From the NCBI GenBank assembly GCA_963676875.1, contig OY781436.1:2803281-2867280 (forward strand): DNA of 64,000 bases, in the 5' to 3' direction. The position numbers and the translations under genes were made by a program. A model generated the notes under the pieces. It saw only the letters and a list, made by a program, of their open reading frames with translations, did not search any database and had not been told where the DNA came from. The stretch comes from Bacteroidales bacterium (GTDB lineage Bacteria > Bacteroidota > Bacteroidia > Bacteroidales > F082). Every line of letters starts with the position of its first letter. Position 1 is the stretch's first letter. Below, one piece after another: positions 21,441 to 30,505 of the stretch.

Positions 21441-21711
21441 TCACGAAGTTCCACGGAGAGGTCACGAAGTTTAACGGAGTGGTTAGCAACGTTTTATCAT
21501 GCATTTGTAAAGAAAAACATTGTTGTCCGGTAAAATTAAACAGAAAACGCTACAATGCTTGCTATATATTGCGTCCCTACGGGACTTCACTACAGTGGGG
21601 GTTGTTTCATATTCTACCCATATTTAGCCCCTGACGGGGCTGTCCCGTAGGGACAAGGTGTTGGTAGAATGCAAATTAAGGTCTCCAAAAAGTCCCGTAG
21701 GGACGATATAT
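21441..21711. repeat. REP/MITE-like palindromic element in the operon upstream region
   Basis: Direct repeat TCACGAAGTTnnACGGAG x2 (21441-21458, 21462-21479). Palindrome GTCCCTACGGGAC at 21573-21585, with its reverse complement at 21642-21654 and 21692-21704. AGCCCC-TGAC-GGGGCT at 21626-21641. The outer arms TATATATTGCGTCCCTACGGGAC and GTCCCGTAGGGACGATATAT are inverted copies. Confidence 0.7.
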
Positions 21712-21775
21712 TTTTTTACCGGACATCATTGAAAGAGAAATACAAACTCAACACCAACAACGAAATCCGGGAAAA

Positions 21776-24700
21776 CTAATCTTTGCTAATCAAATAAATT
21801 CGTTTTCGTCCGTCCATTTTGATTTTTACCGGTGACTCGAAACGCACATGGTTAAAGTATTCTCCTTGCGACACCAACGGTTGTTGTTCGAGCATCTCGT
21901 ATCGGATATAACTATTGGAAAGCTCCGGTTGAACGCTGAAGTATCCCACATTCATGCTCGTAACATTATGAAAAAAGTGGGAGCCCGATGAAGCATCGAG
22001 GGGGAAATCATCAAAGCTGGTTTCTACAATCACTTTGGCATTGGAAATCATGTGCCATTTCACGGGAATGCCAATCCACCGGTCGCGGGTGCCCCATCGT
22101 CCGGGACCTATCAGGATGTATTTGCGTTTTTGGGTAATCATCTCTTCGTTCATCCGCTCAATCTCCAAGGCCATTTCTTGTGTTTTTGATTTGTTGAAAC
22201 GATTGACATCTGCATAAATAACATCCGTAACATCTTCCACGGAGCCATTACCCATTCCTTGTTCCGAGTATAATAAAATTGATTCCGGGTCTTCAGCTTC
22301 CATATCGATATGACATTCCATACTGCTCGAAATCAATGGCTTAATTTGTAGAATATAAAAAGAAGCCCTGCCGTTTTTATCCTTTTTCAAATCCACTGCA
22401 AACTCAATTTCCACGGCAGTACCCATGGCATCTTTTCCGAGAGCCAGTACCACTTCGATGGTTTTTGCCAAAGGAATGTAGTTGTATTTTAATATGTTGG
22501 CAAAATTAATAATACGTGGTCCCGATTTGGAAATGCCGGGATACATGGTATCGCTGTCGGGGTTATATACCGAAGCGCTGTGGGTGAGTGTACCGTGCTG
22601 TTCGGCCACATCGATGTCGAGTTCGGCCAGTCCTGCCATTTCGCCTTCCAGCAGGTCGGGATTTTTTTTCTGCAAATCCACGGCATAAAAACTAACCTGC
22701 GAATTCCGGAATTGGTCTTTGGTAGAATTAATTTCGGTACCCGGATACTGAGGCGAAAAACGGTATGCCTTTTGGCCATCCACCACATAACGTCCAAGAC
22801 CAACGGCTGCCACCGCGAAACCTTCGTCGGGTTTCATGTGGGCGAAGGGGTAAAAATTATAGGATTGAGCCACACCACTCAGGTGGGGATAGAAATATTG
22901 TTCAAAGTGATTTCCCACCACTTCCTGTATGACCACGGCCATTTTTTCTTCCTCAATTTTGTAATCGATGGCCTTAACATAACCACGTGCATTATTGCTG
23001 TAAACAGAAGCATAAACCAACTTAATGGCATCGGCCACTTGCTTCAATCGAACCTTGATGTTTGGATGGTTGTTTGGAAGCAAGTATGTTTCGAAAACTC
23101 CCGCAAAGGGCTGTGTAAGTGAATCTTCGAACAATCCGGAAGAACGTACCGCAATGGGTTTTGAAATTTGGGTGAGGATGGCGTCCAGTTTTTGCAAAAG
23201 AGGTTTGGATAATTGCCCTTGCACAAATTTGCGGCGAAGCAGTGCGAAATCTTCCTGAGCCAACACCTGCGTTTCCAGGTGGTTATGTTTGATAAAAAGT
23301 TCAAATTCACGGGTTCCTACCACAAATGTTTTTGGTGTACGAACACGGATATCGGGCACAAAGCGGTTAAAATCGTATTTGTGTATGAGTGCATCAATAA
23401 AGGCCAGTCCACGTCCTTTCCCTCCAAGAGAACCTTCGGCTAATGTGTAAACATTTTCTTCGGACACCTCCATACCCGATTCGTACGGGATCACATTTCC
23501 TGCGGATTGCTCGTTTCGGTATTCTTTGAGCATTTTCAGCAAATCCTGTCTTAGTTCGGTGGCATTTTTAAAGTCGGCCACTTTTTTCAGGTTGATGACG
23601 CTGGCAGCTCGTATTTCGCCACGTGCCATGATCCACATGGAGAAATGATCACGACTGGCGTGGTATATGAGCGATTCATCAGGGATTTGTTTTAAGTATT
23701 TCTCAAATTCACGCATGTTGGAAGCCCGTGCAATTACCTGATCGTTGGTATCTTTAAATTCAAAATCACCAAAACCGAGATAGTAGGTGATAAAACGTTC
23801 GAAATCCTGATAAAGGGTATCCGACTGCTTGTGTACAAAAAGTGAATTGTGTTGTTTGGCCACCTGCTCATACGACGGATCGGACGACTGCAAAATGGCC
23901 GGAAGATTGCGGAGTTTGGTCCGGGTATAATCCAACAGTTTAATGCCTGCATTTTCATCGAAATGCCCTTCTTTTTCAAATTTTACATCCGTAATCAAAC
24001 ACAACATAAAATCCTGATACTGATCAATTACCTGTAATGCTTCTTCATAGTTTGAGGCCAAAAGAATTTTAGGTCGAGCCCTCATTCTCAACACCTTATA
24101 AAGCTCATCTGTACTTACATCATCAATAATGCGCTTGGTTTGCTCCATGAGTACCCGGTACAAAAAGCTGAGATATCGTGAGTAATATTCAGGAGAATCT
24201 TCTACCAACAATATCACCCTTACCTGCCCAAGCTGGGTATCGTTTTCCACATTCATTTTATCTTCCAGCATTTTTATCATGGCAAAGAAGATATTGGCAT
24301 CACCATTCCAGGTAAACAAACGTTCAATAAACGGAATTTCTTGAAGCATTTTTCCGTAATAGGCTGCATCGGTGCTGTTATTGAGCAATAAAAAGATGGG
24401 AATAAACGGATAGCTTTCCTTAATTTTTTCGCTTACAATCAGTGGTTGGTTTTTGTCAGCACCCACCATATAGATGATCAGGTCGAAATGCTTGAATTTT
24501 AACAGATTTAATGCCTGATCGAGGGAAGTGGCACCGGTTATACGGGGAAACGATGTAAGATTCAAATGCCCGTATTGTCCCAACATATGTTCGCTAAAAC
24601 GACCTTCACGCTCAATGGCATAGGCATCGTACAAGCTGGAAATCAACAAAATTTCGCCCACCTTAAAGGGCATTAAATCGTGGTAGATATCGCGATTGAA

Positions 24701-25177
24701 TGTGTTGGCATTTAAAAATTGTTGAAGAAAGCTGTTGGTCAATTTACCATTGGTTTCAAGTTTGTTTTTAAGGTTATTTTTTGGTGACACTTTATTATTG
24801 GTTTCGGTGGAGTTTAAAAATTGTAGAATATTTCTCAGGAGGCTGTCGAGCAAAAAATTTTGCTCCAAAGGCATCAGTTCCTTCCCGTTTTCTTTGCCGG
24901 TTCCGGTGCAGAGTTGTATATATCCTTGATTTCCGGCATGTGTTGTAAAATGATGTTGTTGGCAAATTACCTTATTATCAAAAGAGGGCGAGTTATACTC
25001 CTGATCTTCGTACACCAACTTAAGATGAATGGGCACCTCAAGTACCTGTCCAAAAGGAATTGTAGTAACTATTTCGTGAAAGGTAAGTCCGATGGACTTT
25101 TTTTGCCGGAGTATCCGATCGACTTTATTGATAATTTCAAGCAGGTTGATATACCGAAAGTTCTGACTTTTTGACAT
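21776..25177 (-). CDS. Receiver-like domains + PEP/pyruvate-binding (PPDK_N) domain protein (paralog B, with an extra ~150-aa N-terminal region)
   Basis: 1133 aa, collinear with the 6324..9329 product: ILLISSLYDAYAIEREGRFSE vs LLISSIYDAFMLEEDGRIDE, GGKGRGLAFI, IAVRSSGLFEDS, LIGPGRWGTRDRWIGIPVKW. Confidence 0.8.
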   Translation of the reverse strand: MSKSQNFRYINLLEIINKVDRILRQKKSIGLTFHEIVTTIPFGQVLEVPIHLKLVYEDQEYNSPSFDNKVICQQHHFTTHAGNQGYIQLCTGTGKENGKELMPLEQNFLLDSLLRNILQFLNSTETNNKVSPKNNLKNKLETNGKLTNSFLQQFLNANTFNRDIYHDLMPFKVGEILLISSLYDAYAIEREGRFSEHMLGQYGHLNLTSFPRITGATSLDQALNLLKFKHFDLIIYMVGADKNQPLIVSEKIKESYPFIPIFLLLNNSTDAAYYGKMLQEIPFIERLFTWNGDANIFFAMIKMLEDKMNVENDTQLGQVRVILLVEDSPEYYSRYLSFLYRVLMEQTKRIIDDVSTDELYKVLRMRARPKILLASNYEEALQVIDQYQDFMLCLITDVKFEKEGHFDENAGIKLLDYTRTKLRNLPAILQSSDPSYEQVAKQHNSLFVHKQSDTLYQDFERFITYYLGFGDFEFKDTNDQVIARASNMREFEKYLKQIPDESLIYHASRDHFSMWIMARGEIRAASVINLKKVADFKNATELRQDLLKMLKEYRNEQSAGNVIPYESGMEVSEENVYTLAEGSLGGKGRGLAFIDALIHKYDFNRFVPDIRVRTPKTFVVGTREFELFIKHNHLETQVLAQEDFALLRRKFVQGQLSKPLLQKLDAILTQISKPIAVRSSGLFEDSLTQPFAGVFETYLLPNNHPNIKVRLKQVADAIKLVYASVYSNNARGYVKAIDYKIEEEKMAVVIQEVVGNHFEQYFYPHLSGVAQSYNFYPFAHMKPDEGFAVAAVGLGRYVVDGQKAYRFSPQYPGTEINSTKDQFRNSQVSFYAVDLQKKNPDLLEGEMAGLAELDIDVAEQHGTLTHSASVYNPDSDTMYPGISKSGPRIINFANILKYNYIPLAKTIEVVLALGKDAMGTAVEIEFAVDLKKDKNGRASFYILQIKPLISSSMECHIDMEAEDPESILLYSEQGMGNGSVEDVTDVIYADVNRFNKSKTQEMALEIERMNEEMITQKRKYILIGPGRWGTRDRWIGIPVKWHMISNAKVIVETSFDDFPLDASSGSHFFHNVTSMNVGYFSVQPELSNSYIRYEMLEQQPLVSQGEYFNHVRFESPVKIKMDGRKRIYLISKD

Positions 25178-25198
25178 CTACATCTGGATTAATTCCCA

Positions 25199-25206
25199 CA
25201 AATGTA
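25199..25206 (-). promoter_or_regulatory. -7 box TACATTTG for paralog B
   Basis: Exact TAnnTTTG on the minus strand, 22 nt upstream of the ATG at 25177. Confidence 0.35.
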
Positions 25207-25328
25207 AGGCGATTTAATGAATTCAAAAATGGGTGATGATATATTGTCGAAATTTTTCGGGCAAACCATTCACCACCTGAAGTTTGAAAATGTGTATTTT
25301 TATCCCTTGTTGCCATGAATTCGGGGTT

Positions 25329-26264
25329 ATGAAAAAACGCTTCGCCATTTTTGCTTTCCTGCTGTGGGGCTTGGTTTCCGCGGGGCAAGACACCCTGCGT
25401 TATCATGCTTTTGGTTTGCGTCACGACAACGACATTAATTTTTTTACCGATTGTTATTATACCTCCGGGGTTGAACTTATATGGTATTGGCCTCAGCTGA
25501 GCAAATCACCACTGAGATACGTTATGTTACCGGCCTCCAACGATGCAATTACTGTTTATGGTCTGACGCTCACCCACCACATGTACACTCCCAAACAAAT
25601 TTTCACTCCCAATCTGGTTCCGTTCGATCACCCTTACTCTGCCTATATACTTTTGGGACAAATTCAGGAATCGTATCAACCGGATAAAAAACTCAAGACC
25701 ACCTCCTGGTTTCAAATGGGGGTGATAGGTCCGGCGGCAGGTGGAGAAGCCATACAAACCACACTTCACCGCAACATCTCCATTGCTGACCCCGCCGAAG
25801 GATGGGACAACCAAATACAAAATGATGTCTGCTTGCAGTACACCGCCGGAATTGAAAACGCCCTATGGATGCTGCGACATCTGGAATTGATATCGAAAGT
25901 GCAATTTGATTTGGGGGTTCCCCAAACGCAGGCCATTTTGGGAATAATGCTCCTAGCAGGCGAGATGGTGCCCTATTTTCGTGGACCGGAGACCCTTGGG
26001 CTGAAGCAATGGCAATTTTATGGTTTTACTGAGTTGAATTTGCATTTGGTAAATTACAATGCCGTGCTCCAGGGAGGATTATTCAATCATCACAACGTGC
26101 ATGTGCTTTATAATGTTAATAGGTATTTCTGGCATTTTAGGTATGGAGCTACGGCGGTTTACAAAAAATTCAGTGTTCGCTACGCGGTGGATGTCAACTC
26201 CCCGACTTTTGCCACGGGCCGATGGCATCATTGGTCGGAATTGACATTGGTGCTGGCGTACTAG
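25329..26264 (+). CDS. Outer-membrane lipid A deacylase LpxR-family-like protein
   Basis: Trimmed to the ATG at 25329 (MKKRFAIFAFLLWGLVSAGQ signal peptide). HDNDINFFTDCYYTSG resembles the LpxR/DUF2219 N-terminal motif. Assignment is from memory only. Confidence 0.5.
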   Translation: MKKRFAIFAFLLWGLVSAGQDTLRYHAFGLRHDNDINFFTDCYYTSGVELIWYWPQLSKSPLRYVMLPASNDAITVYGLTLTHHMYTPKQIFTPNLVPFDHPYSAYILLGQIQESYQPDKKLKTTSWFQMGVIGPAAGGEAIQTTLHRNISIADPAEGWDNQIQNDVCLQYTAGIENALWMLRHLELISKVQFDLGVPQTQAILGIMLLAGEMVPYFRGPETLGLKQWQFYGFTELNLHLVNYNAVLQGGLFNHHNVHVLYNVNRYFWHFRYGATAVYKKFSVRYAVDVNSPTFATGRWHHWSELTLVLAY

Positions 26265-26626
26265 CCATGAATTCTATTTTTTTTAGTACATGTACTTCGA
26301 CATTCGGTGTTCGGTGTTCAGAACCCGACATGCTGCTGATATGCTGATTAATAACATAAGCTGTTGTTGGGTGTTCCATGGAAAATCTCCGGCCGAATAC
26401 AAAACAAATACGGGGCACAAGCGGACGCTTGCGCCAGGTTGGGGTTATGCCATTTTTACCTGAAAAATATTCTGTTACAAGTTTATAACAACTTATTAAT
26501 CAACCTTCCCGGACAGAAACAAGAGAAATCAAACCCTTTGTTTATAATCATTTTATATTATAGGAAACGAAGGCAGAAAGGCCACAATTTCTTAATTTCG
26601 CCTCGTTCGACAGAAAAGAGAACACC

Positions 26627-27283
26627 ATGATCAGAGTAGCCTTGGTTGATGAACATCCGGTGGTAGGTGATGCCATTAAGAGCCTGTTGGCAGGTGCCGA
26701 CGATATTGAGGTAACCTACACGGCCACATCTTTAGCAGAAATGATACGCAAAAACAGCGAGCAACATGTGCATGTGGTATTGCTGGTATACTACAACCCT
26801 GACGTGAAAGACGCTGAAGATGTGAAATTTTTGACCCGTCGGTTTCCCAAGCTCAAGGTGCTGATTCTTTCGATGTACAATGACGAAACCTTTATCCTCA
26901 AGATGATTAAGGCAGGAGCCAAGGGGCATTTAGCTCGCGACACCAACCGATCGGAAATGTTGGAGGCTATTTATACCCTCAGAAACGGATTTGAATTTTA
27001 TGCCAAGACAATCACAAATATATTGCTTTCCAGTTATTTGAGCGATAAAGATATAGATAATACCGAAAAGGAAAACCGACAAAAAGACCTTTCTGCCCGG
27101 GAAATGGAAGTGCTGAAACTTTTTGCCGAAGGCATGTCGAACCGGTGCATTGCCGAAAAATTATTCATCAGTGTACGCACAGTTGAAACCCACAAAAACA
27201 ACATCATGAAAAAAATCAACCTGAAAACCACGGTTGACCTGGTGAAGTTTGCCATTAAGAATAATATTATTGAGTTGGACTAG
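26627..27283 (+). CDS. NarL/FixJ (LuxR-type HTH) response-regulator-like protein with atypical receiver
   Basis: 218 aa. The receiver starts IRVALVDEHP. The C-terminal LSAREMEVLKLFAEGMSNRCIAEKLFISVRTVETHKNNIMKK is a LuxR HTH. Confidence 0.85.
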   Translation: MIRVALVDEHPVVGDAIKSLLAGADDIEVTYTATSLAEMIRKNSEQHVHVVLLVYYNPDVKDAEDVKFLTRRFPKLKVLILSMYNDETFILKMIKAGAKGHLARDTNRSEMLEAIYTLRNGFEFYAKTITNILLSSYLSDKDIDNTEKENRQKDLSAREMEVLKLFAEGMSNRCIAEKLFISVRTVETHKNNIMKKINLKTTVDLVKFAIKNNIIELD

Positions 27284-27359
27284 GGAGTGGGGAGACGGGA
27301 GTCGGAAGTGGGAAGTCGGGAGTCGGAAGACGGAAGACCCTTGAACATTTGAACATTGA
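27283..27359. repeat. Purine-rich 6-8-bp repeats (GGRAGWC-like) followed by 3 copies of the ACMYTTGA 8-mer
   Basis: GGGAGTGGGGAGACGGGAGTCGGAAGTGGGAAGTCGGGAGTCGGAAGACGGAAGAC is followed by ACCCTTGAACATTTGAACATTGA. The block starts at the regulator stop codon. Confidence 0.85.
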
Positions 27360-27377
27360 TTCCACTCCGATTAGTAT

Positions 27378-27893
27378 CAAAACAAATTTTTAACCGCAAA
27401 GCCCGCCAAGTTTTTCGCCAAGTTCCTCAGAAGAATCCGAAGGATTCCAATGTTTATAGCAATGGAGGCGTATATTGTTCGACCCCGACGGGGTCGTATG
27501 GTTTGTTTTGGCAATTGTTTCTATAAACATGTCATCCCTTCGGGATTTCAACATCAACCATGCCACAGAACGGATTAAAACAGACACATCGAACCCAACC
27601 CGAAAAATAACAAAACAATTTATTAATCGCAAAGCCCGCGAAGTTTTTCGCCAAGTTCCTCAGAAGAATCCGAAGGATTCCAATGTTTATAGCAATGGAG
27701 GCGTATATTGTTCGACCCCGACGGGGTCGTATGGTTTGTTTTGGCAATTGTTTCTATAAACATGTCATCCCTTCGGGATTTCAACATCAACCATGCCACA
27801 GAACGGATTAAAACAGACACATCGAACCCAACCCGAGAAATAACAAAACAATTTATTAATCGCAAAGCCCGCGAAGTTTTTCGCCAAGTTCCG
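27378..27893. repeat. 233-bp structured unit in 2.2 near-identical tandem copies
   Basis: CGCAAAGCCCGC starts at 27395, 27628 and 27861. I saw 2 mismatches between copies 1 and 2. Each copy has hairpins GAATCC-GAA-GGATTC, CGACCCC-GAC-GGGGTCG and ATCCC-TTC-GGGAT, plus a 10-bp long-range pair ATGTTTATAG/CTATAAACAT (27450-27459 with 27521-27530). Confidence 0.9.
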
Positions 27894-28017
27894 CAGAGTC
27901 TTTTTCATACAAAATTCAGTTTATCAACATTATACATTTTATGTACCATGTGAGAAAATATTAACCGAAATGATTTTATCAGCCATTTCATGCATGAACG
28001 ACTTTTCGGAGTGGACT

Positions 28018-28143
28018 CAACATTTGAACATTTGAACACTTGAACATTTGAACCCTTGAACATTTGAGCCCTTGAACCCTTGAACATTTGAGCCCTTGAA
28101 CCCTTGAACCCTTGAACCCTTGAACATTTGATCCTCTGAACCC
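28018..28143. repeat. 8-bp microsatellite (ACATTTGA / ACCCTTGA variants), ~15 copies
   Basis: Read directly. The array ends at the obg stop codon (28144-28146). Confidence 0.9.
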
Positions 28144-29133
28144 CTAAACTAATTCCCTCCAAATCATATCCTTCAGCTCCATGAGTTTGCTGTTGGTGAT
28201 GGAGGAAATAAAAATATGCGGAATGTTTCGGGGCAAGGTGGGTGTAATTTCTTTGATAAGTTCCTCGTCGAGCATATCCGATTTAGAGATGGCCAGAATG
28301 CGCTTTTTGTCGAGCAGTTCGGGATTGAATTGTCCCAATTCGTTAAGCAGTATCCGGTATTCCGCAGCAATGTCGTCGGCATCTGCCGGCACCAAGAACA
28401 AGAGAATTGAATTTCGTTCGATATGTCTTAAAAATCTTAATCCAAGCCCTTTACCTTCGTGTGCACCTTCGATGATGCCAGGAATGTCGGCCATCACAAA
28501 CGATTGGCTGTCGCGGTAAGCAACCATACCCAGGTTGGGCACCAAGGTAGTAAAGGGATAGTCGGCTATTTCGGGTTTGGCCGCCGACAACACCGACAAA
28601 AGGGTTGATTTTCCGGCATTTGGAAACCCCACCAAACCCACGTCAGCCAGAATTTTCAGCTCAAACACAATGGCCGCCTCCTTACCTTCTTCACCCGGCT
28701 GTGCATATTTAGGTGCCTGATTAGTGGCTGTTTTAAAATGTTCGTTTCCTTGTCCTCCGCGTCCCCCTTTTAAAAGCACCACCCGCTGACCGTCTTCAAT
28801 AATTTCGCCAAGTATTTCTCCTGTTTCGTTGTTTCGGGCAATAGTACCTAAAGGAACTTGAATGAGCACTTCAGGTGCACTTGCCCCGGTTCTCTGCTGC
28901 GCGGCTCCGTGTCCACCATGTTCAGCACGCAAATGTCTGGTATATCGCAAATGCAGCAAGGTCCACATCTGTGCATTACCCACCATAATAATATCGCCAC
29001 CGTTACCACCATCGCCGCCATCAGGTCCGCCGTTGGGAATGTATTTCTCGCGTCTGAAATGCACCGAACCTGCACCTCCATCACCTGAACGGCAGAAAAT
29101 ACGTACGTAATCGACAAAATTGGATGTGGCCAT
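28144..29133 (-). CDS. obg: GTPase ObgE/CgtA
   Basis: 329 aa. The Gly-rich Obg fold ([22 protein letters not shown]) is followed by a G domain ([22 protein letters not shown]). Confidence 0.95.
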   Translation of the reverse strand: MATSNFVDYVRIFCRSGDGGAGSVHFRREKYIPNGGPDGGDGGNGGDIIMVGNAQMWTLLHLRYTRHLRAEHGGHGAAQQRTGASAPEVLIQVPLGTIARNNETGEILGEIIEDGQRVVLLKGGRGGQGNEHFKTATNQAPKYAQPGEEGKEAAIVFELKILADVGLVGFPNAGKSTLLSVLSAAKPEIADYPFTTLVPNLGMVAYRDSQSFVMADIPGIIEGAHEGKGLGLRFLRHIERNSILLFLVPADADDIAAEYRILLNELGQFNPELLDKKRILAISKSDMLDEELIKEITPTLPRNIPHIFISSITNSKLMELKDMIWRELV

Positions 29134-29289
29134 GACCGTTTATTTTACTGGTTTTCTCTTCTTGAGAATATTTTGCAAAAGTGTTAAATATACTAATAGG
29201 GCGGGCATAAAAGTGAAATAAGGTGGAGGATTATTACATTTCTGTGCAAGGATATGGCTAAATTACCGGGCAACTGAGGACAAAAAGCT

Positions 29290-29297
29290 TATTTTTG
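29290..29297 (+). promoter_or_regulatory. -7 box TATTTTTG for pdxA
   Basis: Exact TAnnTTTG 37 nt before the ATG at 29334. It overlaps the TTG start used by the ORF track (29295). Confidence 0.35.
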
Positions 29298-29333
29298 CCT
29301 GATATATCTTGTAAGAAAATAAATTTAGGCACC

Positions 29334-30449
29334 ATGCAAAAAGCTAGTCAATTGGTTGAGAAAGAAAGAAAAATACGGGTGGGAATAACTCATGGCGACA
29401 TGAATGGTATTGGCTATGAAGTTATTATCAAAGCATTGGCAGACAACCGCATACTCGATATGTTTACTCCTGTTATTTATGGCCTTTCGAGGGTATTGTC
29501 GTACAACCGAAAAAACCTGAACGCTGGTGATTTCAACTACAACATTGTTCGCGATGCCTCCTTTTCCAAAAGCAATAAAGTAAATCTGGTCAACCTGAAC
29601 GACGGTGAAATAAAGATTGAATTTGGTAAATCGGTTAAATTATCCGGAGAATTGGCTCATACAGCCCTTAAAAATGCTGTTAGCGACCTGAAATCAAATA
29701 AAATAAATGTGGTGGTCACAGCGCCCATCACCAAAGAAAATACCACCTCTGAGGCTTTTGCTTTTCCCGGTCACACCGAATTTTTTGCAAGCGAATTTGA
29801 ATCGACCAACTATCTGATGCTGATGGTGTCAGGAGATCTACGTATTGGAACAGTAACCGGACATGTTCCCCTGATCAACGTGCCTACACTACTTAGTCAG
29901 GAATTGATTGCAGACAAAATCAACGTATTGCACGATTCGCTGGTGCGCGATTTTGGTATTAATAAACCCAAAATTGCCATTCTTGGACTTAATCCCCACG
30001 CCGGCGAAAAAGGAACCATTGGTACCGAAGAAGAGCAAATTATCCGTCCGGCCATCGTGGAAGCCAAAAAGAATGGAAAACTTGTTTTTGGTCCATTTGC
30101 CGCAGATGGTTTTTTTGCAGGAGATTATCTTAAATATGACGGTATTCTGGCTATGTATCACGATCAGGGATTGATTCCTTTCAAAACGCTGGCCTTCGAA
30201 AAAGGAGTGAATTTTACTGCCGGACTTCCCATTGTTCGCACATCTCCGGCTCACGGATCGGCCTACGACATTGCCGGCAAAGGGATTGCTTCGGGTGAGC
30301 CCATGCGCAATGCGATATACCTGGCTGTAGAAGTTTACAACAACCGCTTGAAATATGATGAAATGACAGCCAACCCCCTGGGTTTTGGATTGCTGCGCGA
30401 CAATAGCAGAAACAAGGACGACGACGAAATCGCTCACTTGCAAGATTAA
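29334..30449 (+). CDS. pdxA: 4-hydroxythreonine-4-phosphate dehydrogenase
   Basis: Trimmed to the ATG at 29334. GITHGDMNGIGYEVI, FPGHTEFF, LNPHAGE and VRTSPAHGSAYDIAGKG are PdxA signatures. Confidence 0.9.
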   Translation: MQKASQLVEKERKIRVGITHGDMNGIGYEVIIKALADNRILDMFTPVIYGLSRVLSYNRKNLNAGDFNYNIVRDASFSKSNKVNLVNLNDGEIKIEFGKSVKLSGELAHTALKNAVSDLKSNKINVVVTAPITKENTTSEAFAFPGHTEFFASEFESTNYLMLMVSGDLRIGTVTGHVPLINVPTLLSQELIADKINVLHDSLVRDFGINKPKIAILGLNPHAGEKGTIGTEEEQIIRPAIVEAKKNGKLVFGPFAADGFFAGDYLKYDGILAMYHDQGLIPFKTLAFEKGVNFTAGLPIVRTSPAHGSAYDIAGKGIASGEPMRNAIYLAVEVYNNRLKYDEMTANPLGFGLLRDNSRNKDDDEIAHLQD

Positions 30450-30505
30450 ACACCGCACGGGTTGCCACTGCCAGTTTCCGGCGAATATATTTCATTTAAT
30501 ACCCT

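Noticed and set aside
27390-28162. ORFs 27390..27632(-), 27623..27865(-), 27475..27759(+), 27708..27953(+) and 27905..28162(-).
   Set aside because: They are duplicated translations of the 233-bp repeat and of the 8-bp microsatellite (FKGSRAQMFKGS...). They overlap each other on both strands and have no promoter or start context.
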